Program-made: the position numbers and the translations under genes
Source: Octopus sinensis
Lineage: Eukaryota
Assembly: GCF_006345805.1 (NCBI RefSeq)
Contig: NC_043005.1
Coordinates: 86,056,001-86,120,000 of the forward strand
DNA length: 64,000 bases
Reading direction: 5' to 3'
The notes under the pieces: model-generated
Told to the model about the DNA's origin: nothing
The model's database searches: none
What the model saw: the letters and a program-made list of their open reading frames with translations, nothing else
Part shown: one piece after another, positions 24,600 through 36,400 of the stretch
Layout: each line of letters starts with the position of its first letter
Position numbering within the stretch: position 1 is the stretch's first letter

Positions 24600-26133
24600 T
24601 TAATTAGGATTGTCCTTTTTTTGATCCAGGGTCGGAGGTGGACGGTCTTGGGAAATAGATTTGTCAAAATCCCGTCTCACCACCGACACAGAATTATCAG
24701 GTGGAGGGGGAATCTCCACCGTTTCCTTTTCTCGTGGGATCGGAGCTGGTAATCCATGAAATATCGACTTGTTAAAATCTAATCTCAATGAAGATACAGT
24801 CTTTCTGTACTTATTTTGTAGAATTCTATAAGTCTTATTTGAGACTTCATATATGTCGTAATTGATAAATTCCTCTGAAAGTTTATCAATTTTTTTTACA
24901 GTCTCTATGAGTTGAATGTCTCTCATGAGCTCAGTATCTTTAGTGTATACGGCTATTATGCCTTTTTCTTCTTTTTCTCTTCTGGCAGTCTTTTTTGGTC
25001 GTTGTTCTGTAGTAGTCGCCGCTCTCGGCTGGGTTGCTGGTTGTATTTTTCTTTTGTTTGTTGTTTTTTTCTCATCTGTTTCTTCTTTATCTTCTTCCTC
25101 TTTGTCTTTTTTCTCCCTTCCTCCTCTTCTTCATTTTCCTTGCAGTTCCTTCGAATGTGGCCTAATTGACCACATAAAAACATCGAGGTTTTCGGCCCTC
25201 AACAAACACCACGAGGTTCTTCTCCCCTACCTCAATTGTCTCAGGAATTGTTTGAATTATTTTAGGGTCCGCTTGAATGAGAAGATTAATTGTTTGACCA
25301 TCCCAGCGTGGGTTTTCCGTAGCGGTAGCCTGGAGGAGAGTAATTTTTTCTACCTCTTTGATTAGGACTGCCGCCAACAACCACATAGGTTCGACCTCTG
25401 GCGGGACCCTTGTAATTTTTATTCGCGACGTCCTCATCCCCATATAATAGGGGATTAACTCCACGTCGTTCGTTTTCAACGTTTCAACTGAGTTCTTGTG
25501 TGCTATTTCTTTATTGGTGAACCTTACTTCCACCGTTCCGAATTTTTTTCCTCTTCTCAGAAATACTACGCCGCCCAATATTGGCTTTAAGCACTTTTCT
25601 ATTTTCTCTTCTGACATTCTTTCAATTTTTCTTTTTTGTAGACAATATGTTTTGAAAATTATTGTTTTTTGCTTTTCTTCCTGTAATAACTTTTGCGGAG
25701 GTTCAATTTTCACACCGTTGTCAGTTATTTCCATCATTTTGCTGTATTTCATAATTTCGCTTTTATTCGTCGACAGTATCTGGGTTCCACCCCCAGCAGC
25801 CAACGCAAAACTTTTTTTTCCATTTTTTGGTTCTATCTGGATGCTAGGCACATCAATTATTCTCTTCGACACAATGCCTTTGTTCTCTGGCAAAGTCGGA
25901 AACTCTTCTGGTGAAAGTTCTGACGAGCTCTCAGACACATCTCCAAAAATATCAAATATATTATCCTCTCTGCTATTCCTTCTTGTAGCGGGGGAAACCC
26001 CTATTTCCTTGTCTGTAGTTGGCTCCTCGCCGGACATGTATTTCCTCCTCACAACAGGAGAAACAAGTATTTCTGCTCCAACGGTAGGCTCCATGCTAGG
26101 CGACATTCTTCCCCGCAAAGGGGGAATGAACAA
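24600..26133 (-). CDS. Tx1-like ORF1 (gag-like), broken into three frames by two single-base indels
   Basis: ORFs 25162-26133, 24956-25183 and 24600-24926 join by successive -1 shifts; knuckle CF[L]CGQLGHIRRNC follows VFVEGRKPR. Confidence 0.8.
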
Positions 26134-26273
26134 CGCGTGCTACCACAAGCACTAAGTGTTTTCAATTGAAAACTCCAACAGTTAAGTTATTCAACAGTTT
26201 AACAAGAAACAACAGTTGTTAACAATATTAACACCACGAAACAGCAATTCTTACTTCACGAACACATGTGCGA

Positions 26274-26334
26274 CAGACGAAATACGGCTACGCATTTCGC
26301 CGGGCGTGCTAACGTTTCTGCGAGCTCGCCGCCT
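26274..26334 (-). mobile_element. SINE family A, 5' head of the copy split by the Tx1 LINE
   Basis: Minus strand AGGCGGCGAGCTCGCAGAAACGTTAGCACGCCCGGCGAAATGCGTAGCCGTATTTCGTCTG. Confidence 0.9.
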
Positions 26335-27511
26335 AGACTGCTTGTTATAATAACAATAGACCATAATGAATAAAACTGTACAATAGAGGATTAGCACTAA
26401 CTAGAACTTAAGTAGCAGAAACAAAACGTGAAATATGTCCATTCTATAGATATTTTATTTTACTTTTTAATTTCAGACCCAAACTTCTAAAACAACCTAA
26501 CATAATAAAAGAAATAATTATTATTCTTTTCTAAATTATCCACTAGGGGGCACCACTTCAAGAATGAGAATATAAAAAGAAAAAATATAAAAAAAAACTC
26601 TTTTATGTAGAAAGCAAGTTACATTTTAGTGTTTATTGTCATTAAATGAAAATGGGTATATAAATTTAGTAGGATAGTCACTTGTTAGTCGGATTTATAT
26701 TTGGAATATGTTAGATATTGTAGAAATTTAAGTCCTATTATTATTTCAGTTGACTTCAGCATATTTCTGCTGATATCGAGACAGCGACATCTTAATTTTA
26801 GATCCTCGTAGACAATAAAATAAAGAAAAGTCTATCGTTGGCTGAATATCGGAAAAGTTTTGTGTCGTGAACAATCCGTTCCTCCAGAAATCTTTGATGT
26901 GTAGCGGAAAATCGTTAAGAAACACAGGAAACATCTTTACTATTCGTGCATATAATAGCCACAACGTATTTCTAGGAAAGGCTAAAAATAACAGTTAAGT
27001 CTTCTTTGAATAATATCATTGCTGTAGACAAAGAAAGAAATAACAATAGTTGCGATGATCTATTGTATGCGAACAAGATACAGGATTGTAATCCTGCTTG
27101 TCCATTTTTTTATATAAATATATAAGTGTTTCTCTTGATCAGAAGACTGATACTGAAATAACAGCAAACTCAATGGCATATACAAATGTATTACGCAGTC
27201 AGAACAACAACAATCACATCAATAATTCAACGTGTCCGAGATTTACTATCAAATAAGCATGGCGCACAAAATATATTTTTACGACTACAGAAAGCATGCG
27301 TTTTGTTTTTTATGCAAATATAAAAATAAAAGCGTAGAAACATACATGAAGAAAATAGATACAACATACAATCAAATTTAGTTCCGAAATAATCATATGG
27401 GTTATATACTGTAACTTCTGCGGTATATCTATGTAAGCCTAAGTTCTTTTGAAACAGGATTAGAGAACTAACGTTATATTCTCTGCAGGAAAGACAGGTA
27501 AAAAGATACAG

Positions 27512-27586
<75 letters not shown>

Positions 27587-27828
27587 ATATATATATAAAT
27601 ATATATATATATGTATATGTATGTATGTATATTATCAATTATGTTTACATGTCTGCACTAATATGCATGCTCCGCATTATACAATACGGTTGTATATTTA
27701 TAAATCAAGACGGATAAAGAAAGCTTGCTCATCAGCTCACCAGAAAATTACGGTTATACCAATGACTCAATTCTAAGTATACATACAAAATTTTCCCTTT
27801 ATATACACACATACACACACGTATATAT

Positions 27829-28300
27829 AGGGAGAATTTACGGAAAACAAAGACAGGTGGTGTACAAAACAAACAGGTGTATTAGTATAACGCTCAGGAA
27901 TAGAAAAAGTCTTTAAAGTTTCGAGCCTTCGCTCTTCTACAGAAAGGGACACAGAAAAAAAACAAGGAGAGAAATAAGGAGAGAAACAATTTCTCTAGTG
28001 GCTAGCGATATATCATGGCGACTGACTGCCGGACAGAAGGATCACACAGGAGAGCGAAGAAGTAGGGGAGATAACAAAGTAAAGGTGACCCCCAACACGA
28101 AGGTGCGTGTGTGTATAAGAGAGTGTGTAAGTGCGTGTGAAAGAGGGCTGGTGGTCTGGACGTGTGCATGTATGTATGTGAAGGTGTGAAAATGTGGGAA
28201 TGGGATATATATATATGTATACGAAATGAAAGATCGAGACTGCATAAAGTTAGGTGTGTGACTGTGTGTGCGTCTGTGTAATGTGTGTGTGTGTACTTTT
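27829..28300 (-). mobile_element. Penelope-derived repeat family D
   Basis: Homologous to 12824 and 60838; hammerhead-like fold at 27911-27946. Confidence 0.65.
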
Positions 28301-28802
28301 ATGTAAGATTCAGAAAGGTTTAGCTTCTGACTTTTTGAACCAACCCACAAAACGAATACTGTGATATAATATGAAAGATTTCACCGTCTCAATCTAGAGT
28401 AAGGATTCATAATGTTTCAGTGCCTTGGCAAAAGATCCCTAGGTACCGCACGACATAGATTTACTTGCTCGTAAAGAACATTTATACTAATTTTACATAC
28501 AATACGAGAGGACCCCACATCACAATAAGAAACGCAAAGAATGGCAGGTTTGTCCAACTCAGTCTCAGCAGCATCAAATCAGATGAATAGGCCGAGGAAG
28601 TTGTGTTTACAAGTAATCTAGTAATCACATTAATGACAGTACTCCATCATGGCCGCAACTCTTGACAAAAACCAGTAAACGTAAAAGTAAATAGTTTTGA
28701 AATATTGTTGGCACTTTGACAGAAAATATATATTCCATGTTTCTCAAGGAAACATGAATACTAGTTCCTGATTTACTTTTGATTTTGATATTAGCGTTGT
28801 AG

Positions 28803-29190
28803 ATACGGCGAGTCTCCAGAACGGTTAGCATGCTGGGCAAAATGCTTAGTGGTATTTCGTCTGCTGTTACGTTCTGAGTTCAAATTCCGCCGAGGTCGAC
28901 TTTGCTTTTCATCCTTACGGGGTCGATAAATTAAGTACCAGTTACGCACTGGGGTCGATATAATCGACTTAATCTGTTTGTCTGGCCTTGTTTGTCCTCT
29001 CTATGTTTAGCCCCTTGTGGGTAGTAAAGAAATAGGTATTTCGTCTGTCTTCATGTTCTGAGTTCAAATTACGCCGGGTCGACTTTGCCTTTCATCATTT
29101 CGGTATCGATAAATTAAGTATCAGTTGTGTACTGGAGTCGAAGTAATCGACTGGCCCCATACCACAAAATTTCAGTCCTTGAGACCAGAG
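28803..29190 (+). mobile_element. Nested SINE family A pair: a Tx1-tailed copy inserted into an older copy with the alternative tail
   Basis: GGTATTTCGTCTG repeated at 28851-28863 and 29035-29047; the inner copy ends ...GTAGTAAAGAAATA; the outer copy resumes and ends with ...AAAATTTCAGTCCTTG. Confidence 0.88.
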
Positions 29191-30142
29191 AAGAAAAGAA
29201 AGGATATACGTGTTGTAGAACACTAAATAAAAACTATGTTACCAAATTCTTATGTAAACGGAGAGGAACTTTCGTGAAAGCATTTAAAAAAATAAACATT
29301 AAAACGGTAAGATCAATAATACAGCCCTAGGTTCTAGAACTCGTAGCTGTGATCAGCCCGTTCTCATTGCAATTAAATAACCGATATTACAACGGTAATA
29401 TAGCATAAGTGAACGGGATCCCAATCCGTGACAGGATCCCATTGTGGACTAGATCAACGTGAAATGAAGTGCTTTGCTGAAGATCGAAACCACGATCTTG
29501 CTAGCGTGGGAACCCCCCCCCCCCCACTAAGCCACACCCTTCACTAGCCGTTTCAGTATGTCTTTAATTTCGGTGATTCATAAACGTGATATGTTTGTGA
29601 GATGGGATCGAAAAGCTAGAATGTGAGGCATTGTCAATTCAAGTAAATCGAACGATTGGAATCTGGGTCTTAAGATTAGTGAGTATGTATGCTGAAATCT
29701 AAACTACTTTCTGTTTTTGAGAATGGTACGCACAAAGTTAGCCAAATCTGAAATATGAACTTGTAAAGTAACTGAAAAAAAAACATACGTAAATAAAAAT
29801 AAAAATAAAAATAAAATTAAAAAATAATAAAAAATATATATGATAAATCCTTGAAATCTGAAACATCGATGACCCCCAGAAAACAAGCATCTCCGAAATA
29901 ATAAATCTCCAATCTATATACTGTAAGCATGAGAAAGAAAAAACAAAGATTAATACAGAACAAAATAGATTAGGAATAAAGAAGGCAACTCTGTAAAACC
30001 AAAATGCGTACAGCCATTATTTTTCTTCTCCCGGTTGAAAGTAGTTTGTATGCATTGCATGAGACTCTTGCCAAAGCTTCGCCATTATCTTGACAAACAG
30101 ATAGATGCAGTATTATGATGATTATTTTTCTTATTGTTGCTA

Positions 30143-30186
<44 letters not shown>

Positions 30187-30346
30187 GTTGTTGTTGTTGT
30201 TGTTGTTGTTTTTCGTTTGTTTCTAAGATGCATTTTTTTTTCGAAATATGACAACAGATAAAACGGCATTAACAAAACATTGAATATATATAAAAAAAAT
30301 TATGAAAAAATATCAATAACAAACATAATAATAATAATAATAATAA

Positions 30347-30377
<31 letters not shown>

Positions 30378-30770
30378 AAGCTTAAAAAATACTGCAAAAT
30401 GTATCTTCTTAAACTTATCTCAAATACACTAGGACTTTGGATTGAATATGTAAGTATTTATGTGTTTCTAAATACATACACACACATATATACATACATA
30501 CGTATATATATATATATATATATATGCATACACACACACACACACACACATATATGCATATATTCAGGAACTTATACATGTAAGCGCATAAGTATCAACG
30601 TAAACACGCGTATATAGACCTACCATCATCAATTCTAGGACGCCCTCCAAAACAAACCTGGACTTGCTACCGGAGAAGCCGTTACAACGGGAGCAGCAAC
30701 AACGGGGAGGAGTATCCACGATATGATTAATACTGTTGCTGAAGCTCCTAAGAAGTGTATCATATTGATA

Positions 30771-30790
30771 TTAATGGAAAGGGTAGTAGT

Positions 30791-30836
<46 letters not shown>

Positions 30837-30851
30837 GCTGCTACTACAACA

Positions 30852-30885
<34 letters not shown>

Positions 30886-30953
30886 ATAATAATAATAGTA
30901 ATAATAATAATAACGATAATGATGATTTCATTATTAATGGAAATGGTAGTAGT

Positions 30954-30991
<38 letters not shown>

Positions 30992-31010
30992 TTACTACTA
31001 CTACTACTAC

Positions 31011-31077
<67 letters not shown>

Positions 31078-31131
31078 GATAATGATGATTTCATTATTAA
31101 TGGAAAGGGTAGTAGTTACTACTACTACTAT

Positions 31132-31172
<41 letters not shown>

Positions 31173-31176
31173 ATAC

Positions 31177-31224
<48 letters not shown>

Positions 31225-31249
31225 TAAGAACGATAATGATGATTTCATT
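30771..31249. repeat. Triplicated compound microsatellite unit (163, 163 and ~153 bp)
   Basis: Unit TTAATGGAAA.GGTAGTAGT(TAC)n(AAT)nAACGATAATGATGATTTCATT starts at 30771, 30934 and 31097. Confidence 0.85.
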
Positions 31250-32281
31250 TATTTGTTGCAAGTGCGAAGGATGAGGGGAAGAATACAAAACAGACATAAA
31301 GTGCGGGAGTTTACATTTAATTAAATGATAATAAAATAAAATTTTATTAAAAATGAGAGAAAAAAGTAAGCATACACAGTATACACTGGAAAAAAGGGAA
31401 AGTATGTATAGCATACAAAGGTTGCGGGGGGGGATGATAGAGATGTGGCATTCCTGATACAGGAAGGGCTGAAGGGATAATCGAGGAACCCCACAGTCCA
31501 AGATTTTCCTGAAACCCCAAGAGCAAGTGCCCTCTCCAATTCTTTTTCTTTGACTCACATATCTACGCTTAGAGAGGTACCATCCACTATTGTCATTTTC
31601 GCACATTTCAATTACCTTTCAATAAACTCAGTCGAGGACAGCACTTCCCTCTCTACTCCCAATTTCCTTTCCAAGTGAAACTTGAAGAAGTCACTGAAAG
31701 CTCTACTAAAAAGGAATTATCTGTCTTCATGCCTTTCAGCCTTGTCCATCAAATACTATTTTTCGCCACAGCCAACAGGCAGAGGAGAACTGCCTTGACT
31801 AACCGATTGAAGGTGGGCGCCAGTGCGATTGTCACTACGGACTCGGCCGACAGACGGATCCGTCCCTCACGTGTCAGCAGCTATTCGACATAATCCCACA
31901 AGTTAGCAACACCCGGACAGAGAGCGAGGGCGTGCAGAACGGTTCTGTCACTCTGCGTGCACCTCGAACAAGTCCATCTGACTACACACCCATGCTGTAG
32001 AGTTTATCTTGAACCAGTAGCCCCCTCCCATTCCCTGCCCGGCACGGTAGCATTGCTAGGCCAAGGACATCTGGAAATTACCCACGATAATCCCTTGTCG
32101 GAAAGTCCTCCAGAACAGACAAGCCAATTTGTTGTTGTCGGCGTTCAGAGTCTCCACAAGAAGGTCGTCTCACTTACCCGCCATTAATCTTCTATAAATT
32201 TTAAGGCGGGACCTCCACCGATCCCATTGCACGACTGGTAGAGGGCTGTGAGTGCCTGACGAGATTTTAGGTGCCAGGCGC
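31241..32281 (-). mobile_element. 5'-truncated decayed Tx1-like LINE, family 2
   Basis: Colinear homology with 46514-47517; WHLKSRQALTAL motif similar to WHKECRKALL in the intact RT. Confidence 0.85.
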
Positions 32282-32501
32282 CATTAATAACATAGCAAAA
32301 GCCAAACATATAATTATAATAATAATCAAGAAAGGTACTGACAAATATTTTCCCCAGAAACCACAGAAAGCAACAATCTATAAACTCATAAAATTGTGTT
32401 GACTTCAATCGCCCACATTCTCAGGATGTTTCTATCCATCTAATATGTACGTACCTATAGTATCTGACTGAGATCAAACCAATCGGAAAAAAAATAATAA
32501 T

Positions 32502-33020
32502 CTTTTCTACTATAGGCACAAGGCCTGAAATTCACATCGACTAGTACTTAATTGATCGTCCTCGAAATAATGATTGGCAAATTCAGTCCAGGTGAAATTT
32601 GAGCTCAGAACGCAATGACAGACGAAATACTGGCCAAACATTTTGTACCATCATGTTAACAATTTTGTCGGCTCATCGAATTAAGCATGAACTTCCTACC
32701 TGTAATAACGAGAAATGGCAATACAAAGAGAAAAAGGAAAATATTTTTTCTACTATTACACGTAGTAGTAGGACAAATGTTAGAAATAATAGGTGTAAGA
32801 GAAGACGTCCTAAGAATTGGTCCAAATTTTGGCACAAGGCTAGTAATTTCCGGGTGCAAGTCAATTACATCGACTCTAGTGCACAACAGGTATGTATTTT
32901 ATCGTTTCAGAGAGGATGAAAGACAAAGTCCTTCATTTGAACTCAGGGCGTAAAATTGGAAAAAAATACTGCTAAGCATTTTCTTCGGCTCGGTAATGTT
33001 TCGGCTGGTTCACCGCCCTT
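32502..33020 (-). mobile_element. Two degraded SINE family A copies
   Basis: TCTTTTCTACTATAGGCACAAGGCCTGAAATT...GAAATTTGAGCTCAGAACG and TTTTGGCACAAGGC...ATCGACTCTAGTG...TTTGAACTCAGG. Confidence 0.65.
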
Positions 33021-33124
33021 CCAGAAATGGTAATACTCTGAAACATTTTGGTGGCAGTAAGACGTGTAATAATTGTAGCAGCTATGCAAAATATATTAAC
33101 AAATGCAACACTGGGAGCAACATT

Positions 33125-33125
33125 G

Positions 33126-33194
<69 letters not shown>

Positions 33195-33219
33195 TTTAAT
33201 GATATTAATAATAATAATA

Positions 33220-33268
<49 letters not shown>

Positions 33269-33430
33269 GAAGAAGAAGAAGAAGAAGAAGAAGAATAAGA
33301 ATAAGAAGAAGTAGAAGAAGAAGAAGTAGAAGAAGAAGAAGAAGAAGAAGAAGAAGAAGAAGAAGAAGAAGAAGAAGAAGAAGAAGAAGAAGAAGAAGAA
33401 GAAGAAGAAGAAGAAGAAGAAGAAGAAGAA
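33125..33430. repeat. (AAT)n-(AAG)n compound microsatellite
   Basis: Direct inspection. Confidence 0.95.
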
Positions 33431-36400
33431 TATGTTGATGGGGATTTGAACGATTTTCTGAATATCAAATCAGCAGGAAGGAGCGAAACAACGAACTCAA
33501 AAACCGTTCTTTGCGGAGCTGGATTCGGGAGATAATAAAAAGAAAAATTGACAAGAGAGAAATATATGTTGTTTTGTATGCAGCAGGCTGCATTTGTATG
33601 CATCATCGTAACACCCGATCTGCATCAGAAAGCAGATGCAACTCATAACCCGACTGTCAATTAATTTTTCTTTTCCGCCCTCAAGTAGGAAAATGTTCTG
33701 GTGGCTTTTCATAATCTTTCACCCTTTTATACCCCGAAAGTATGTTCTGACATTGGTTTGGTCATTTCAGTCTCTGGTAAACAGAACCACTATTCGTTTT
33801 CATTTATTCTTCATGTTTTCACTTTATTCGCTTCCATAATATATATGTATGTACGATGTTAGACTCCAAGCTGTTCTATAAAACCATGAATTCTAATTCG
33901 TCTTATAACTGACAGAGTTAAATACACCGTTATAAAATAGTCATTATTCATGATTGCATCCTTCTTATCTGATGATGATACAACGCAAACCAAACGAAGG
34001 AGCAATATGCTGATAAACTAACCTCCTAGTATAGCATGGCCTGCACGTATGGCACGAGACTTCGATCCTCCTATCCTAGGTAGCACATCGAGTGCTGATT
34101 CCAGTCTATTTGATATCATTCATTTCGAAGTTCTTGGGCCTTGTATTGCGGTCCAGTTTTTTGTGCATTATCTATGATTCTGATCAGCCAATCTCTGATT
34201 GAGCAATTTCGTATACTATTCCCGTTCAGCTGTCACCTGAACATTGATAATATCATTGGTTCTCTACCCGATATGTAACATATACCTCTTATAATATAGA
34301 ATCAACGCTACTTCAAAATGGCTTCTGAGAATGTCTTATTTGAATGGTTTCTTCACTAGCGACACTCTACATTGTTTGTCAACTTAAAGAGTTTTGATAG
34401 ACATCGTCACGTTAATTTTGATTAAATTTGATAAAATAGATATTATTCTCACAAATGACAAAAGAAATGACAGCTGCTGTGTATTGTCAAATATCTTTTA
34501 GCAAAGTCAATCGTTGTTGAGAAAAGAATATTATAAATTGTTAACATGTCAAGAGAGGATATCTCGTTCTTCACTTCACATGTGTTTTTCCTGAAAAACT
34601 TGTTTGACAGCACCAAGCAATGTACTTGAGATGATTTAACCGGATGAGGAAGTGCACTGCTGATGGCATTTTTTAGATTTCCAAAGGGGGAAAATGGGAA
34701 AAGAAGTAGAAACTTATCTTCAAATCGGGATCTATTTTAGATACCACAGAGTACAACTTCACAAAAGCAACCAAGCTGATAATATTAAAGTTAATTATGT
34801 GTCCCTAAAATGTTTTGTGACGGAGCAAAATTCACGACCCTTATTATTTTTTGTTCAAAATTCCTATTTTCGTCCAGAGGGTTTGTTTCGATCCTATCCT
34901 GTGACAGACCTTACATACCCAAGGTTCAAAGCTGTGAGATTGTGATAAAACATCATGGCGTAGTAAAAACACCCACTAAAACTCTCTACGAATCATCATT
35001 GATATCGTTTCACCCCATGGGTCAAATCTACTTATGCGATATCATATTTTAATACTGCAATTTGTATATTTTTACTCGAAATATATGTTCGGTACCCACG
35101 ATTTCATTTCCCGCATAATGGTTAATTTCTATGAAATTTCTATGGCTTTATTGAAACTATCACTGTTAATTAAACAATAATTTATGATAACGTACTTATG
35201 CCGAATTGTAACATGTTAAATTCTCTTAATTGTGAAATATATTGATTATCTTATAGAAATTGCTACGTATGCCACATAAGTATATCAAACATGTAAGTAT
35301 ACCAAAGCTGTTAAGATTAAGCCAAACGCATGAGGCTGAGTAAAAACTGTCGTGGAGATAATGGAGACAATTTAATTAGTAAATATTAATATAAAATTCA
35401 ATACAGATATAATTAACATTAAGTAAAACATTGCTGACAGTTACAATCAATTAACGCTGTAATATAGAAAAGAATTGGAGAGTAAGTGTCACATTGACAA
35501 CAGAGTAAGAAAAACGTATATCTTTGCGAGTCATGGTATTCTCGTTAATCACGAATGTGATACCGCATCGTTCCGTAGGTTTTACATGTGTAGTTACACC
35601 GCAGCTCATCAACAGCAAGGCGAGGTATGTGCCCTGATCGGCTGTCATACTCATCCAAACTCTGTGAAGCCAGAGCCTGTATGGTATTTTTGTCAAGTAG
35701 ACGATAGTTCGCGTCTGGGAGCTAGGCGAACCACACAGGAAATGACACCCAAAACCCGACTGCCGATCCGGCTCTGACATGGGTTGCGGACCCTTCAATT
35801 AGACCACCACCAAAACAGACCCGAGAAATCCAGCCATCGAACGGATTCACGTAGTCGAACCAGGTGGGTGACTGCTTTTATGGCACACAGTGTGTTGTAG
35901 GGCTGCTCTGTCCTCAGGTCCATTCCGTAAAAGTAGGCCCCGTCCTCCTACAGTTTACACAGCACATCCAAGGGGTGCATCTATCTACCCAATAATCGCT
36001 CCCCAATGATCTAGACGGACCTATAATCTTTACTAGATAGTATCTCACACGAAAATATCTCGAGAGATATTCAAAAGGGAAAATAAAGAAATGCAAAAAT
36101 ATCAAATATTAAAAAGGGAAGAAAACAATGTACTTTAATACGAAACGTTTGACTGGATAAATTGAATTAAAATCCCTTGCAAAAGAAAAACAAAAACGCA
36201 CTTCGCCCCTATTGTGACTTTGACAATGTTATTGAACCGACTGAATGCCGAGGTCAGCGAACCTCACTAATGTTCCCCACTAGTGTCATTGTGGTAACCC
36301 GCAATCTGCAATTTGCATTGTGTCACCCGCGATGGGGTATTTGAGTCAGGAGAGCTACAAGGTCGAATGATGATGGGGCACGCATTATCACACTGTGAAC

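Larger units (their letters stand above)
20943..26273 (-). mobile_element. Near full-length L1-clade (Tx1-like) non-LTR retrotransposon, ~5.3 kb, 13-bp TSD
   Basis: ORF1 with CCHC knuckle; ORF2 with APE, RT and C-terminal Cys/His motif; TSD CAGACGAAATACG at 20930-20942 and 26274-26286. Confidence 0.95.

Noticed and set aside
21781-25914. Antisense and alternative-frame ORFs overlapping the Tx1 element
   Set aside because: Shadow ORFs of GC-richer coding sequence with no recognisable motifs.
30771-31249. CRISPR-like repeat-spacer periodicity
   Set aside because: Eukaryotic context, the spacers are microsatellites, and there are no cas genes.
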